Under the pieces are notes generated by a model. That model worked only from the letters and a program-made list of their open reading frames with translations, was not told the DNA's origin and did not search any database. This document shows positions 27,382-37,680 of a DNA stretch of 64,000 nucleotides, piece after piece. The DNA comes from a virus (Duplodnaviria > Heunggongvirae > Uroviricota > Caudoviricetes): the IMG/VR virus record IMGVR_UViG_3300035547_000249, one strand, 5' to 3'. Each line of letters begins with the position of its first letter. Within the stretch, counting starts at the first letter, position 1. A program made the translations under genes and the position numbers.

Positions 27382-27981
27382 ATGATAGTCATAGGAGATG
27401 TACACGGGGATTATGAAGCATTAATGGATTTAATGGAAATACTTCCACAAACAGAAAAAATTTGTTTTGTAGGGGATCTAATAGATAGGGGTCCTAAATC
27501 AAAAGAAGTTTTACAGTTTGTTATGGATAATAAATTTAAGTCTGTTTTAGGAAACCACGAAGACATGATGCTTTACGATAGAAGGTTGTGGCACAGCAAT
27601 GGTGCTAGAGAAACAATAAAATCATTTGGCTCAATGGAAGAATTGCTAAAATCAAAAGCATATAAATGGGTAGAAAAATTACCTATAATGATAGAACATA
27701 AAAACTTTCTTATTACCCATAGCTATGCTTATGATGGAGAAATAACTCCTCCAATAGACATATTGTGGGGAAGAAGAATAATAAAAGATCTTCCTCCAAG
27801 TGTGACAAATATATTCGGTCATACCCCATTTAAGGAAGTTAAAAAAGTATACGACAGGCACTATTGTATTGACACTGGATCTGTTTATGGAAATAAATTG
27901 TCTGCCATAGATCTTAAAAATATGAAAATATACAGTGTTCCTGGCGGAAAATTTAGAAATGTAGGAGGACTAAGCCAATAA
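27382..27981 (+). CDS. calcineurin-like metallophosphoesterase (lambda-phosphatase/ApaH-like)
   Basis: GDVHGD…GDLIDRGP…GNHE motif triad; RBS AAGGAG. Confidence 0.7.
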   Translation: MIVIGDVHGDYEALMDLMEILPQTEKICFVGDLIDRGPKSKEVLQFVMDNKFKSVLGNHEDMMLYDRRLWHSNGARETIKSFGSMEELLKSKAYKWVEKLPIMIEHKNFLITHSYAYDGEITPPIDILWGRRIIKDLPPSVTNIFGHTPFKEVKKVYDRHYCIDTGSVYGNKLSAIDLKNMKIYSVPGGKFRNVGGLSQ

Positions 27982-28095
27982 AGAATTATAAATAAGTGAG
28001 AAATCAAAAATAATATGATGGAGGGTGTGGAGCTATTAGTGCTCAAAACGCTAATTAATTACTAATATATATAGTAAACCATAAAGGATTATAAA

Positions 28096-28374
28096 ATGGA
28101 TTTGGCTGAAATAAATATAAAACAAATAAGTGTGGAAAACTCGCCAAATAATGATAAATCTGTAGAAATAATTTGTGAAGTAATCATTAAAGATATTGAT
28201 GATAACGTAACCGTTATAGACGTTGTTTTCGAAAATGAAAGATTAATAACGGTAAGTAGAGAAGCCACTACAACAGTATCTAAGAGTGTATTTAATAAGA
28301 TAAGAGAATCACTTATAATATACTCAAACGGACTCATTGGTAAGAGCAAAATAACATTAAATATTAAGGATTAA
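28096..28374 (+). CDS. hypothetical protein
   Basis: RBS AAGGA; ORF only. Confidence 0.45.
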   Translation: MDLAEINIKQISVENSPNNDKSVEIICEVIIKDIDDNVTVIDVVFENERLITVSREATTTVSKSVFNKIRESLIIYSNGLIGKSKITLNIKD

Positions 28375-28381
28375 GCTCATC

Positions 28382-28645
28382 ATGGTAAAAATGAAAAAGA
28401 TGTTAACTTATATGACAGATAACGGAAAAGTAAATAAAATTATAGAGATTGCAAATATAGTGACTTGTGATAGTTGTGGAAATGAGATGAGATTTACTGT
28501 CACATCTCCGTCAACTTGTCATAAGTGTTTTGCTACTATAGTAGCAGATGATTTTATATTTTCCAATAAAAAGAGTAGGTTGGAATACCATGATAACTAT
28601 GGTTTTGGTTGCGGAGAGAGTTTTCCTGGATATTATTATTTATAA
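28382..28645 (+). CDS. zinc-ribbon protein (CDSCG…CHKC)
   Basis: Cys motifs. Confidence 0.45.
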   Translation: MVKMKKMLTYMTDNGKVNKIIEIANIVTCDSCGNEMRFTVTSPSTCHKCFATIVADDFIFSNKKSRLEYHDNYGFGCGESFPGYYYL

Positions 28646-28744
28646 GAAAAAAAACAGGCAAAAAAATTATTGTAACGTGCTGACTGCCTGTTAAATATAA
28701 AGATAGCCAAGACCCCAATTCTTGGTTATCAAAAGGAGGTAAAA

Positions 28745-28942
28745 ATGATGGAAAATTACACAAAGTCTATTATGAGAGATAACTTTACCAGTACTACAAC
28801 TGAGTCTCATAAAAATTTATCGGAATGTATGGAAAGTGTTATAAAAGGAATAGATGCTGCCAAAGATCCGGAAAATATAGACATCATAAAGTTGAAAATG
28901 ATAAAAGGTAACATTATAGATGAAGGAGTTGAAATATGCTAA
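28745..28942 (+). CDS. hypothetical protein
   Basis: RBS AAGGAGG. Confidence 0.45.
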   Translation: MMENYTKSIMRDNFTSTTTESHKNLSECMESVIKGIDAAKDPENIDIIKLKMIKGNIIDEGVEIC

Positions 28943-29178
28943 AAAACTCAGTTTTATATGTATTTGTAACTTTATCCGTATTTCTGGTTATATATGTTGT
29001 TGGAGCACTAACACCAGAGCTAATAAGTGCTAAAGATACATTAACAGTGGTTATTGGATTTATTACACTGTCTGTTTTGGTGCCAATTTATATAGCTTTT
29101 GTAGTAAAAATTGTATTGGGCGTATTAAAAACAAAAAACAACAAAAAAGGAGTAGAAGAAAATGAAATTCAGAATTAA
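28936..29178 (+). CDS. small membrane protein (2 TM segments)
   Basis: Hydrophobic segments; basic C-terminus. Confidence 0.45.
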   Translation: MLKNSVLYVFVTLSVFLVIYVVGALTPELISAKDTLTVVIGFITLSVLVPIYIAFVVKIVLGVLKTKNNKKGVEENEIQN

Positions 29179-30037
29179 AAATTATGTTATGTTAGTATTG
29201 ATGATTGTAATGTTGGTAATGTCAGGTTATGGTTGTTCAAAGGTACCAGCAGGTAATGTAGGTGTAAAGGTATATCTGCTCGGAACAGAAAAAGGTGTGG
29301 ACGACACTGAAGTTCTTGAGCCAGGAAGATACTTTATTGGATGGAATAGAGATCTATTCATCTTTCCTACATTTACTCAGAACTATACATGGACAAAAAG
29401 TATTGATGAACAATCTACTACTGATGAATCAATTACATTTCAAACAATGGAAGGATTAGATGTAAATACAGATATCGGTATCACTTATAGAATTGAAAAA
29501 TCCAAAGTTACCGAGGTGTTTCAAAAATATAGAAAAGGTGTTGATGAAATTACCAGTGTTTATCTAAGAAACATGGTAAGAGATTCTTTTATCAAAGTAG
29601 GTTCAATGTATCCGGTTGAATATGTATACGGTAAAGGAAAAAATGAGCTGATTACAAAAATTACAGAAGAAACAAAGAAGCAGGTAGAAGATATTGGTAT
29701 TATTGTAGAAAAAATCTATTTGGTTGGATCTATGAGGCTACCTGGCGAAGTAATTAAAGCTCTTAATGCAAAGATTTCGGCAACACAAAAAGCCCAGCAA
29801 AGAGAAAATGAACTTAGAGAAGCAGAAGCAAATGCCAAGAAAAAAGTGGCAGAAGCTGAAGGCGAGGCTCTATCAATTATCACAAAAGCAAAAGCTCAGG
29901 CAGAGGCAAATATTTTACTGTCAAGATCAATCACTACTGAGCTAGTTCAGTATGAAGCTATCAAGAAGTGGGATGGTATTCTTCCGAAAGTCGGTTCTAC
30001 TGCAGGAATTATTCCAATGGTTGACCTCAAAGAATAA
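29162..30037 (+). CDS. SPFH/band-7 (HflK/C/prohibitin-like) domain protein with an N-terminal membrane anchor and a C-terminal coiled coil
   Basis: N-terminal hydrophobic segment; Ala/Glu/Lys-rich heptad-like stretch (…AQQRENELREAEANAKKKVAEAEGEAL…); overall architecture. Confidence 0.55.
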   Translation: MKFRIKNYVMLVLMIVMLVMSGYGCSKVPAGNVGVKVYLLGTEKGVDDTEVLEPGRYFIGWNRDLFIFPTFTQNYTWTKSIDEQSTTDESITFQTMEGLDVNTDIGITYRIEKSKVTEVFQKYRKGVDEITSVYLRNMVRDSFIKVGSMYPVEYVYGKGKNELITKITEETKKQVEDIGIIVEKIYLVGSMRLPGEVIKALNAKISATQKAQQRENELREAEANAKKKVAEAEGEALSIITKAKAQAEANILLSRSITTELVQYEAIKKWDGILPKVGSTAGIIPMVDLKE

Positions 30038-30052
30038 ATAGTTATAGTTATT

Positions 30053-30080
30053 GGCAGTGTTGTGTAAAAGCAGCACTGCC
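30053..30080 (+). other. Hairpin with a 7-bp stem (GGCAGTG…CACTGCC), intergenic; candidate terminator or processing site
   Basis: Inverted repeat read directly. It is followed by an A-rich tract and the AAGGAG RBS of the next gene. Confidence 0.35.
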
Positions 30081-30101
30081 ACAAAAATAAAAGGAGAGAT
30101 A

Positions 30102-30500
30102 ATGACAAATAAGTTTTTTGTTTATGGCACTCTGAAGGTTGGAGGAAGATTTTCTCATTATTTTAATAATGTTAGAAAAAATGTTTCAAAGGCAAAAGTA
30201 AAAGGATTTGATCTATATGAAGTAGCTAATGGATCATCTGGATTTCCTGGAATAGTAAAAGGTGATGGCACAGTAATTGGAGAGGTACATGAGTTTGGTA
30301 ATGATGTCTTAGAAGACATCGTAGATGCCATGGATCAAATAGAGGGCTGCGACCCAAGATATCCTGAAAGAGGATTATATAGAAGAGAAATTGCCAAAGT
30401 TGAATTAGAAAATGGAGAAGAAATTGATGCTAATATCTACATCTATAATGGTGTAACTTATAAAGCATCAAAAATAAAAAACGGAAACTGGGAAATATAA
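30102..30500 (+). CDS. gamma-glutamyl cyclotransferase-like (AIG2/GGCT fold) protein
   Basis: N-terminal …FFVYGTLKVGG… signature; start taken at ATG 30102 after AAGGAG. The tracked ORF begins at an upstream TTG. Confidence 0.6.
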   Translation: MTNKFFVYGTLKVGGRFSHYFNNVRKNVSKAKVKGFDLYEVANGSSGFPGIVKGDGTVIGEVHEFGNDVLEDIVDAMDQIEGCDPRYPERGLYRREIAKVELENGEEIDANIYIYNGVTYKASKIKNGNWEI

Positions 30501-30532
30501 CAAATATAATAATAGTTCTAGGAGGAAGTAAA

Positions 30533-32164
30533 ATGAAATACAACAAACACATAAATTTAAGAAGTACACCTCAAACAGAACCGATCTTAGGAAAAAATAT
30601 GAAGCCCAATAACTCTGGTGGTTATGGGTTTGAAATTACCGATAAAATGACATTGGATCGTTTTCTAATATTGGGAACCGAAGGCGGAACATACTATGTT
30701 GGAGAAAGAAAATTAACAGTTGACAGTGTAAAAAGTGTCATTAAGTTAATCAAAGAAGACGGTCAGTATGTAGTAGACAGGGTTGTAGAAATATCAAGTC
30801 AAGGAAGAGCTGCGAAGAATGGTCCTGCTTTATTCGTACTATCCTTATGTACAGCACCAAGTTTCGCAGATGTCGATACTAGGAAAAAAGCATTTGATTG
30901 CTTACCAAAAGTAGCTAGAATTCCAACCCATCTTTTCGAATTCTTAGAATATATGAAATCATTCAGGGGTTGGGGTAGAATGGCTAAAAATGGAATTCAA
31001 AACTGGTATCAAAGTAAACCTGTAAAACAATTAGAATTCCATATGGTAAAATACAGACAAAGAGACGGATGGACGCATAACGATGTCTTGAGGCTGGCCA
31101 AACCAATCCCTGTAGACATTGAGCACGATATGTTGTATGAATTCGCAAAAAAGGATAGAATTGACAGAGAAAACAACTTCAAATTAATTGAAGGTTATAT
31201 AAAAGCTAAAGAAGCCAAAACAGAAAAAGAAGTAGTTTCATTAATTAATGAATATAATATTCCGATTGAAACAATTCCTACTCAATTCAAGAACTCTAAA
31301 ATGGTATGGGAGGCAATGTTACCAAATCTTCCAATAACAGCAACTATTAGAAATCTAAAAAATATGGCTGTTTATGGATTGTTAAAACCGTTCAGTGACT
31401 CTTCTAAAATGGTAGCTGACAAAATTAGCAATAAAGAAGTCATAGAAAAAGGAAGAGTACATCCAATTCAGTTTTTGAATGCAATTATGACGTATCCTAA
31501 AGGAAGAGATAGAATTTTCCAAGGCGCGTTTGGTGCATTTGCGAACAAAAACAACAAACCATTAGAATGGGTAGTGGATAAAGATATTGTAGAAGCTTTA
31601 AACGCAGGGTTTTACCATGGATTCAGAAATGTAATTCCATCCAATAAAAGAATACTGGTTGCATTAGATGTTTCTGGTAGTATGGGATGGCAGCCGTGTT
31701 TGGGGATGAAAACAGTTAATCCAAGAGAAGCATCAGCAGCCTTGGCATTAACAACAGTGAACACGGAGCCTAATCACCTTATAGGGGTATTTACCAGAGA
31801 GTTTGAGCAATTCAATGGTATAAAGCAAGGTATGGATATAAATTCTGCTATTAAAACAATATCAAATTTAAAGTTTGGTTCAACTGACATATCATCGCCA
31901 ATTCATTGGTTAGAAAAACACAAAATAGAGGTAGATGCTATAGTGTGTTATACTGACAATGAAACTTATTGGAAACAAAGTGACCATCCGTGTCAAGCTT
32001 TAAGCAAATACAGACAAAAATTTGGCTTAAACACCAAACTGGTATCTGTATCAATGTGTGCAAATAAAACAACTGTTGCAGATCCTGAAGACCCAAATAT
32101 GTTGGATATAGTGGGTTTTGATACTGCTACACCAAAAGCCATTTCAGAATTCTTAAATATGTAG
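30533..32164 (+). CDS. rsr: Ro60/Rsr orthologue (TROVE domain + vWA domain)
   Basis: …DRFLILGTEGGTYYVGERKLT… and …GRAAKNGPALFVLSLC… parallel Ro60 TROVE motifs. C-terminal …ILVALDVSGSMGW… is a vWA MIDAS motif. RBS GGAGG. Confidence 0.75.
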   Translation: MKYNKHINLRSTPQTEPILGKNMKPNNSGGYGFEITDKMTLDRFLILGTEGGTYYVGERKLTVDSVKSVIKLIKEDGQYVVDRVVEISSQGRAAKNGPALFVLSLCTAPSFADVDTRKKAFDCLPKVARIPTHLFEFLEYMKSFRGWGRMAKNGIQNWYQSKPVKQLEFHMVKYRQRDGWTHNDVLRLAKPIPVDIEHDMLYEFAKKDRIDRENNFKLIEGYIKAKEAKTEKEVVSLINEYNIPIETIPTQFKNSKMVWEAMLPNLPITATIRNLKNMAVYGLLKPFSDSSKMVADKISNKEVIEKGRVHPIQFLNAIMTYPKGRDRIFQGAFGAFANKNNKPLEWVVDKDIVEALNAGFYHGFRNVIPSNKRILVALDVSGSMGWQPCLGMKTVNPREASAALALTTVNTEPNHLIGVFTREFEQFNGIKQGMDINSAIKTISNLKFGSTDISSPIHWLEKHKIEVDAIVCYTDNETYWKQSDHPCQALSKYRQKFGLNTKLVSVSMCANKTTVADPEDPNMLDIVGFDTATPKAISEFLNM

Positions 32165-32371
32165 GTGGAGAAAATGACAATTAAAATTACCAAAAGCGGT
32201 ATGACAAAAACAGATGTATTAAAATCGTTAACACTAGGCATTCAACAACTATCATTCGAAGGAAAAGATTCAGAAACATATGTAGCTGAAACAAAACAGA
32301 CAAAGGATGGCATTGTTGTAGAATGTGTAGATGGTACCGTGATAGAATTGGAATTGAAAAAACTTGAATAA
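32165..32371 (+). CDS. hypothetical small protein
   Basis: RBS GGTGGAGAA; ORF only. Confidence 0.4.
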   Translation: MEKMTIKITKSGMTKTDVLKSLTLGIQQLSFEGKDSETYVAETKQTKDGIVVECVDGTVIELELKKLE

Positions 32372-32390
32372 TTGATATTATGATTGGTAT

Positions 32391-32412
32391 ATGCCCACCT
32401 AAGTGTGGGCAT
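32391..32412 (+). other. Hairpin with an 8-bp perfect stem (ATGCCCAC-CTAAGT-GTGGGCAT)
   Basis: Read directly; it lies between the 32165 ORF and the likely start of the next gene. Confidence 0.4.
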
Positions 32413-32431
32413 TACCAAAAAGGGCAGAATA

Positions 32432-32869
32432 ATGTATAAACCAATAGATGAAAAAACCCCACAACAAATGGTTGATAATGATAACATCAAAATAATTCCT
32501 ATGAATAATATTCATGGAGAACATTTTTTATCATTAAGTAATGAAAAAGTAATGTTAAAGTTATTCAATTTCAAGCTTAATGGTTTCAGAAACAATTACA
32601 TGTGTCTGAATTTGAAGGCAAGTAGTTATGTCAATACACAGGAAAAGTTTGAATTGTATATGTTATCATTAATACATATATTAAAAGGAATGGTGTCTTC
32701 AGAAGATGGTAGAGGTTTTATAAGCATAAAAAGTAAAGACGAAAGGGTCCTCGAAGCATTGTATGAAAGTGGATTCAGTAAGATAAGGGCTGGTAAAAAC
32801 CTTAGCTCGGGGGAAACAGACACAATTTATTCAGGAATGGGGTTTTTCGGAGATAAGGGGGTAGTATGA
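32432..32869 (+). CDS. hypothetical protein
   Basis: Start taken at ATG 32432, downstream of the hairpin. The tracked ORF from 32384 would translate through the hairpin. Confidence 0.4.
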   Translation: MYKPIDEKTPQQMVDNDNIKIIPMNNIHGEHFLSLSNEKVMLKLFNFKLNGFRNNYMCLNLKASSYVNTQEKFELYMLSLIHILKGMVSSEDGRGFISIKSKDERVLEALYESGFSKIRAGKNLSSGETDTIYSGMGFFGDKGVV

Positions 32870-34044
32870 TTGTACCTTCAATAATGAGTGTAATGGCTGA
32901 TTCACTAAATATTGATGATTTATATATTAAATTGAGTAGAAACGACAATTTAATTGTAAACAACGCATGGCTGGTGGGGGATAATGGATCTTTATTCATA
33001 ACTAGAAAACCAGAAGCAAACCCCATCGATTCTATAGCAGATGAATGCAGTATGATGATGATATCAGAAGATAACGTCGGTAATATAAATATAATAGCTA
33101 AATCCATGGATAGGATGTATGAATTTGGCGGAGAATTCAGCTCAATCAACATCATAAATCATTCAAATCCTGTTATGGTAGAAGAATGGCTGCCAGGAAA
33201 ATGTGCAATGTGTTACATTGTTGAAGATGTTACATATGTATCAACTAAAGACAGTGTATATGGCAATGAAGAGATAGGAGAAAACAAACGTTCTATTAGT
33301 TCATTGGTATCGAGTAAGCTAACTTCAAACAAAAACCTGAAGTATCAAAACATGAAGTCAGCATTAAAAAACCAATCTCTAATATTGAATATAACACCAA
33401 ACAATGATAGTTCTGACTTTGATATCTATTTAATAGATGTTATTGATATGGACGATTTTTCATCAGTAACAGATATTAGATTGAAGATTATAGCCAAAGA
33501 GTTAGGATTAAAAACACCTAACAAAATAGTTATAAAAAGCGAAAATAGATTGACAAAGGCGATAGGTGATCTGATATATAGAAACCCATCCATAAAAGGT
33601 GTAATATTAAAAAATAAATTTGGAGAAAGAGATAAGATATCCATAAAGGGGTATGATGTCTCTAGCTACATTACACCGTTTTCTAAGAAATATATAAGTA
33701 CAGCTATAAACTGTATCATGAAAGAAGTTTATTTTGGAATAGATAATGAGCTGACAACACTGCTTAGAAAATCTGTAAAAGAAATTGAATTAGAGGCACA
33801 AAGTAAATATGATTCTGTGAGAGGAATTAAGTTAAAAAGACACTTTTATCATAGAATAAAAGATTTTCCAGCCCCATATCTATTAATATGGATGAGGGAA
33901 AACAGTGTAAATAACGTAAGTGAAGCTCTAAAGAATGTAGATGCCTCTAAAGTAATAAAACATATTATGAAAATTAAAAAAGAAGAAATAACAAAAGCTG
34001 TTAATATATTGGAAAGGAGAAGTGATGAGTCTAAGAAAAGTTGA
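32866..34044 (+). CDS. hypothetical protein (392 aa)
   Basis: RBS GGGGG; ORF only. Confidence 0.5.
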   Translation: MIVPSIMSVMADSLNIDDLYIKLSRNDNLIVNNAWLVGDNGSLFITRKPEANPIDSIADECSMMMISEDNVGNINIIAKSMDRMYEFGGEFSSINIINHSNPVMVEEWLPGKCAMCYIVEDVTYVSTKDSVYGNEEIGENKRSISSLVSSKLTSNKNLKYQNMKSALKNQSLILNITPNNDSSDFDIYLIDVIDMDDFSSVTDIRLKIIAKELGLKTPNKIVIKSENRLTKAIGDLIYRNPSIKGVILKNKFGERDKISIKGYDVSSYITPFSKKYISTAINCIMKEVYFGIDNELTTLLRKSVKEIELEAQSKYDSVRGIKLKRHFYHRIKDFPAPYLLIWMRENSVNNVSEALKNVDASKVIKHIMKIKKEEITKAVNILERRSDESKKS

Positions 34045-34816
34045 ATGGTTAAAAAGTACATCACCTTTATCAGAAATCTATCAAGATGTAGCTATGAAGT
34101 TTTCATTGGCTAATGAGATAGATGGTAGAATAAAACAATGTCATCCATGGGTAAAATGTAGAGATTTCATCCATGATGTTATAAGAGGAAGTTTAACAAA
34201 AAGTACTGTATCTATTTATGGCCTGAAATATGTTCCAAGTAAGCATCCTGAGGTTAGTGTAGAAAAATCCATGATGTTAATTACTATGGACGGTATTGAA
34301 CCTATTGGTTTCAGGAAAAAACTAAACAGTGCGATGATGATGATAAATAGATATGAGAATTTGGTTGGACAAAATTTAAGCAAATTGTCCAAGGTTGCTG
34401 GAAGTAACACTTATAAACATGTATGGCTTTTCTCAGGGCCAAAGATGTGGATTGCACAACCTCACATGATATCACTATTAACCCTTTTATTCAGGCTTCC
34501 GATTGAGTTTGGAAAGGAAAAATATTCTAATAGAAGCAATGAAGAAATATTTAACAGTATCGTAAAAAATAACGAGGGGCTTAAAGACACTAACAACCTT
34601 AAATATATTAAGGCAATAAAAAGCAGAGTAGAAAATGTTGTAAAACACATTAACATGTTTCCAGTGGATGAAAAAGGAATGTCAACTGCATATAAAGACG
34701 CAAACATCAATTTAGGATCATTTCATGATAGACTTGGAATAGTCAGTGTTTGTTCAATGTGTTCAGGAAGTGAAAAAATTAACGAAGTGGTTAACGAAAT
34801 AAATAAGGAGAAGTAA
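34022..34816 (+). CDS. hypothetical protein, paralogue of the next gene
   Basis: Shared segments …HVWLFSGPKMWIAQPHMISLLTLLFR… versus …CFLLTGSKNWMAAPQLISMVGLIMR…. Confidence 0.5.
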   Translation: MMSLRKVEWLKSTSPLSEIYQDVAMKFSLANEIDGRIKQCHPWVKCRDFIHDVIRGSLTKSTVSIYGLKYVPSKHPEVSVEKSMMLITMDGIEPIGFRKKLNSAMMMINRYENLVGQNLSKLSKVAGSNTYKHVWLFSGPKMWIAQPHMISLLTLLFRLPIEFGKEKYSNRSNEEIFNSIVKNNEGLKDTNNLKYIKAIKSRVENVVKHINMFPVDEKGMSTAYKDANINLGSFHDRLGIVSVCSMCSGSEKINEVVNEINKEK

Positions 34817-34819
34817 ATT

Positions 34820-35608
34820 ATGACCAAAAAATTAATTAGATTAAAACCAGCTTCAGAATATGCAGATTCTGCTGGATACAACATGTCATTTGGAATGGCA
34901 GGAGAAAACACAGGCACAATTAAAGATAGTTATAAGTACAGACAACTTATAACCAGCCTCACTACATGTAGAGAATCGCTTGTACACTCACTTAGAAATG
35001 CTATGCTTGCTAACGATGAAAGTAGAAAGCCAGATGTAAACAACTTAAGGCTTGTGATGGCTTTTAGTTCAAAAGACAACGATCATATAAAAGAAATAAT
35101 TTTCTATGCCAAGCAAGCATTAAATATGATGGAAACGAAGGTTGGGTGGGAAAATTCTGTAATAACAACAGCTAAATACATTGGAAATGACAATATTACT
35201 TGTTTTTTACTGACAGGAAGTAAGAATTGGATGGCTGCTCCCCAATTAATTTCCATGGTGGGATTGATAATGAGATCTATATATCTTTATATTAAAAGTG
35301 AAGACAGGGGTCAATTGGAGGTAGAGCTAAATAATATAGAAGATGTAAGAGCCTTGTTTAATAAAATTGCAAAAGGAGACGAAAGAGACGCAGAGTATAT
35401 TGGAATCTGTAGAAAGCATTTTTACAATATAATGGAAAATTACAATAAAATCTTTGAAGAAGGACCAGATTTTTTCTTTGATATTAATAGAAAAGATGCG
35501 GACAGAAAAGTATACAACTATAATTCTGGATATGGTGGAATTGCCTCATTTTGTCAGAATTCCAGCGGTAGTCTTTTAGAAAAAAGATTCTCAATGTTTG
35601 TTAAATAG
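34820..35608 (+). CDS. hypothetical protein, paralogue of the previous gene
   Basis: See previous entry; RBS AAGGAGAAG. Confidence 0.5.
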   Translation: MTKKLIRLKPASEYADSAGYNMSFGMAGENTGTIKDSYKYRQLITSLTTCRESLVHSLRNAMLANDESRKPDVNNLRLVMAFSSKDNDHIKEIIFYAKQALNMMETKVGWENSVITTAKYIGNDNITCFLLTGSKNWMAAPQLISMVGLIMRSIYLYIKSEDRGQLEVELNNIEDVRALFNKIAKGDERDAEYIGICRKHFYNIMENYNKIFEEGPDFFFDINRKDADRKVYNYNSGYGGIASFCQNSSGSLLEKRFSMFVK

Positions 35609-35619
35609 GAGATAAAGAA

Positions 35620-36549
35620 ATGTCAAAAAGAAAAATCATGATTGGAACAGATCCTGAGTATTTTATGGCTAGACGAGATTCTAAAAAATTGGTATCAGCC
35701 ATTCCGTTTATAAAAGGCGGTAAACATGACCCGATTAAATTACCGTCAGGAGCAAGCCTTCAATCAGATAATGTTGCAGTAGAATTTGCAACCCAACCTG
35801 CAAATGACAGCAAAGATTTCATTAATAAACTTAAGACGGCGTTGACAGAAACATATAAGTCAATTCCAGCAGGATACGATCTTATTGCTACACCGTCAGC
35901 CAAGTTTGATCCAGAAGAGCTAAAAGATCCCAAAGCATGTGAATTTGGATGTATGCCTGACTATTGTGCTTGGGAGATGAAAGTGAATGAACCTCCGATG
36001 CATGAAGATGCAACATTTAGATCCTGCGGTGGTCATATCCATGTAGGTTGTCTTGATGAAAATGGAGAATTAATTAGCGAAGACACTTCTTTCCTTCTGG
36101 AAGTAGAAGGAAAAGTAAAAATGGTAAAGGGAATGGATCTTTTCCATGGTATTATTTCTACAGTATTGGACAGTTCTCCTGAAGCTGTAGAAAGAAGAAC
36201 TCTTTATGGAAAGGCTGGATGCCATAGACCTACTGAATATGGCGTTGAATACAGAGCTCTAAGCAACTATTGGACTAAAACACCTTATTCTTCTATGCTT
36301 ATGTCAAGCCTGACAGATGATGTTATAGATGTAATTTTGACTGGAGAACTTGATGGGTTGATCGAAGAAGTTGGTTCCGAAGACATTAGAAGGATTATTA
36401 ACACAGGTAATGTCGAAGACGCCAAAGCAGTGATTGAAAAAGTTTTGTATAAATTTATGAGTAAAGACTCTAAATTTTATTTTGATGAGTGTATAGAAAA
36501 ACTTAACAAAGCAACAGACATGGCCAAAGAATGGTCAATTTCTATTTAA
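35620..36549 (+). CDS. amidoligase (glutamine-synthetase/GCS2-fold carboxylate-amine ligase), paralogue 1
   Basis: N-terminal strand …IGTDPEYFM… (G-x-D/E-x-E-x-F), a central …GGHIHVG… and a C-terminal …GVEYRAL… (E-x-R). This parallels the GCS2/YbdK motifs GxExE, HVHVG and E…R. RBS AGGAGA. Confidence 0.55.
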   Translation: MSKRKIMIGTDPEYFMARRDSKKLVSAIPFIKGGKHDPIKLPSGASLQSDNVAVEFATQPANDSKDFINKLKTALTETYKSIPAGYDLIATPSAKFDPEELKDPKACEFGCMPDYCAWEMKVNEPPMHEDATFRSCGGHIHVGCLDENGELISEDTSFLLEVEGKVKMVKGMDLFHGIISTVLDSSPEAVERRTLYGKAGCHRPTEYGVEYRALSNYWTKTPYSSMLMSSLTDDVIDVILTGELDGLIEEVGSEDIRRIINTGNVEDAKAVIEKVLYKFMSKDSKFYFDECIEKLNKATDMAKEWSISI

Positions 36550-36568
36550 TAAAGGAGATATAATTATT

Positions 36569-37465
36569 ATGAATATTGCAGTTCCCACAAACAACGTAGC
36601 AGATAATACAGAAACGCCCAAAAGATCTCAGAACGCAGCATATTGTAAATATTTAAAGGCTGCCGGTCTGAACCCAATCCTTATTCCTATGGAAGCGGAT
36701 ACCAAAGATGTGGCCAAGATTTGTGACGGCTTACTGTTGGCAGGTGGGATTGATATTGATCCCATTTATTATGGTGTAAGTAATTCAATGTCAATGTCAG
36801 TAGACCCTGAAAAAGATGCTCATGAAAGACACCTGTTTCACAGTTTCAGAATGCTGAAGAAACCTGTGTTTGGTATTTGCAGAGGATTTCAGTTGATTGC
36901 AAGAGAGCTACTCTTCTATAATAAAGATGTAAATAGGTATATCTTCTACATGGAGAATATTGAAAGACATACACAAACTGGAGGGCTTAATGTTCCGAGA
37001 AGATTTCCCTCTCATATGGTGAAGTCAAACACAGGTTCATTGTACAGCGGTAAAGATGACAAGGATTTTACCATTCATCCGGTGAACAGTATGCATCATC
37101 AGGCTGTGTGTTTTATGTTTAATAAACTGGCAAAAGATGCAATTCAGGAAGAATACAAAAAGAAAGATTTCGATAAAGGAGAGCCTTCCGTAAGCAGATT
37201 TAAAATTGGAAAACTCGATATTGATATCGTTTCATGGACTATGAGGGGAGTTAAATATCCCAGCAATGTGTCCAAAGAGGCTCAATGGGCGATCGTAGAA
37301 GGAATTAAAATCGGTAATTGGGGCTCTAGTATTATGGGGGTCCAATGGCACCCAGAAGAAATGATGGACGTCTCTTTGGTGAGAAATTTCTTTGAAAACA
37401 ACAAAACAAAACCAAAGAATGATGAAAAGGTGAAACAAAATGAGAATGTCGCTGGAAACGGATGA
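36569..37465 (+). CDS. class-I glutamine amidotransferase-like / gamma-glutamyl hydrolase (peptidase C26) family protein
   Basis: Nucleophile elbow …GICRGFQL… and …VQWHPE… (His of the triad). RBS AAGGAG. Confidence 0.6.
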   Translation: MNIAVPTNNVADNTETPKRSQNAAYCKYLKAAGLNPILIPMEADTKDVAKICDGLLLAGGIDIDPIYYGVSNSMSMSVDPEKDAHERHLFHSFRMLKKPVFGICRGFQLIARELLFYNKDVNRYIFYMENIERHTQTGGLNVPRRFPSHMVKSNTGSLYSGKDDKDFTIHPVNSMHHQAVCFMFNKLAKDAIQEEYKKKDFDKGEPSVSRFKIGKLDIDIVSWTMRGVKYPSNVSKEAQWAIVEGIKIGNWGSSIMGVQWHPEEMMDVSLVRNFFENNKTKPKNDEKVKQNENVAGNG

Positions 37466-37667
37466 TGGAGATAGAATATCAACAATATTAAAAACAAGTG
37501 ATATAAAAAAAATAATCGAATCTCAGGATGTTTCTGATGAGGAGAAACTAACGTGGACTGATAACAAAATCGGTTTATTGACCAAATATCTCATGAAATT
37601 GGATGAATCTCTCAGTATGGATGATGTGTCCTATATAAAAATGGATGGGTCTAAGTTAATAAAATGA
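37440..37667 (+). CDS. hypothetical small acidic protein
   Basis: ORF only. Confidence 0.4.
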   Translation: MRMSLETDDGDRISTILKTSDIKKIIESQDVSDEEKLTWTDNKIGLLTKYLMKLDESLSMDDVSYIKMDGSKLIK

Positions 37668-37680
37668 AATGGAGATTAAA

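Noticed and set aside
30533-32164. Calling the large protein a generic vWA/MoxR-type protein
   Set aside because: The N-terminal half shows the TROVE-specific motifs (DRFLILG.EGGTYY, GRA.K…P.LF.L.LC) in addition to the vWA MIDAS. This is the Ro60/Rsr architecture.
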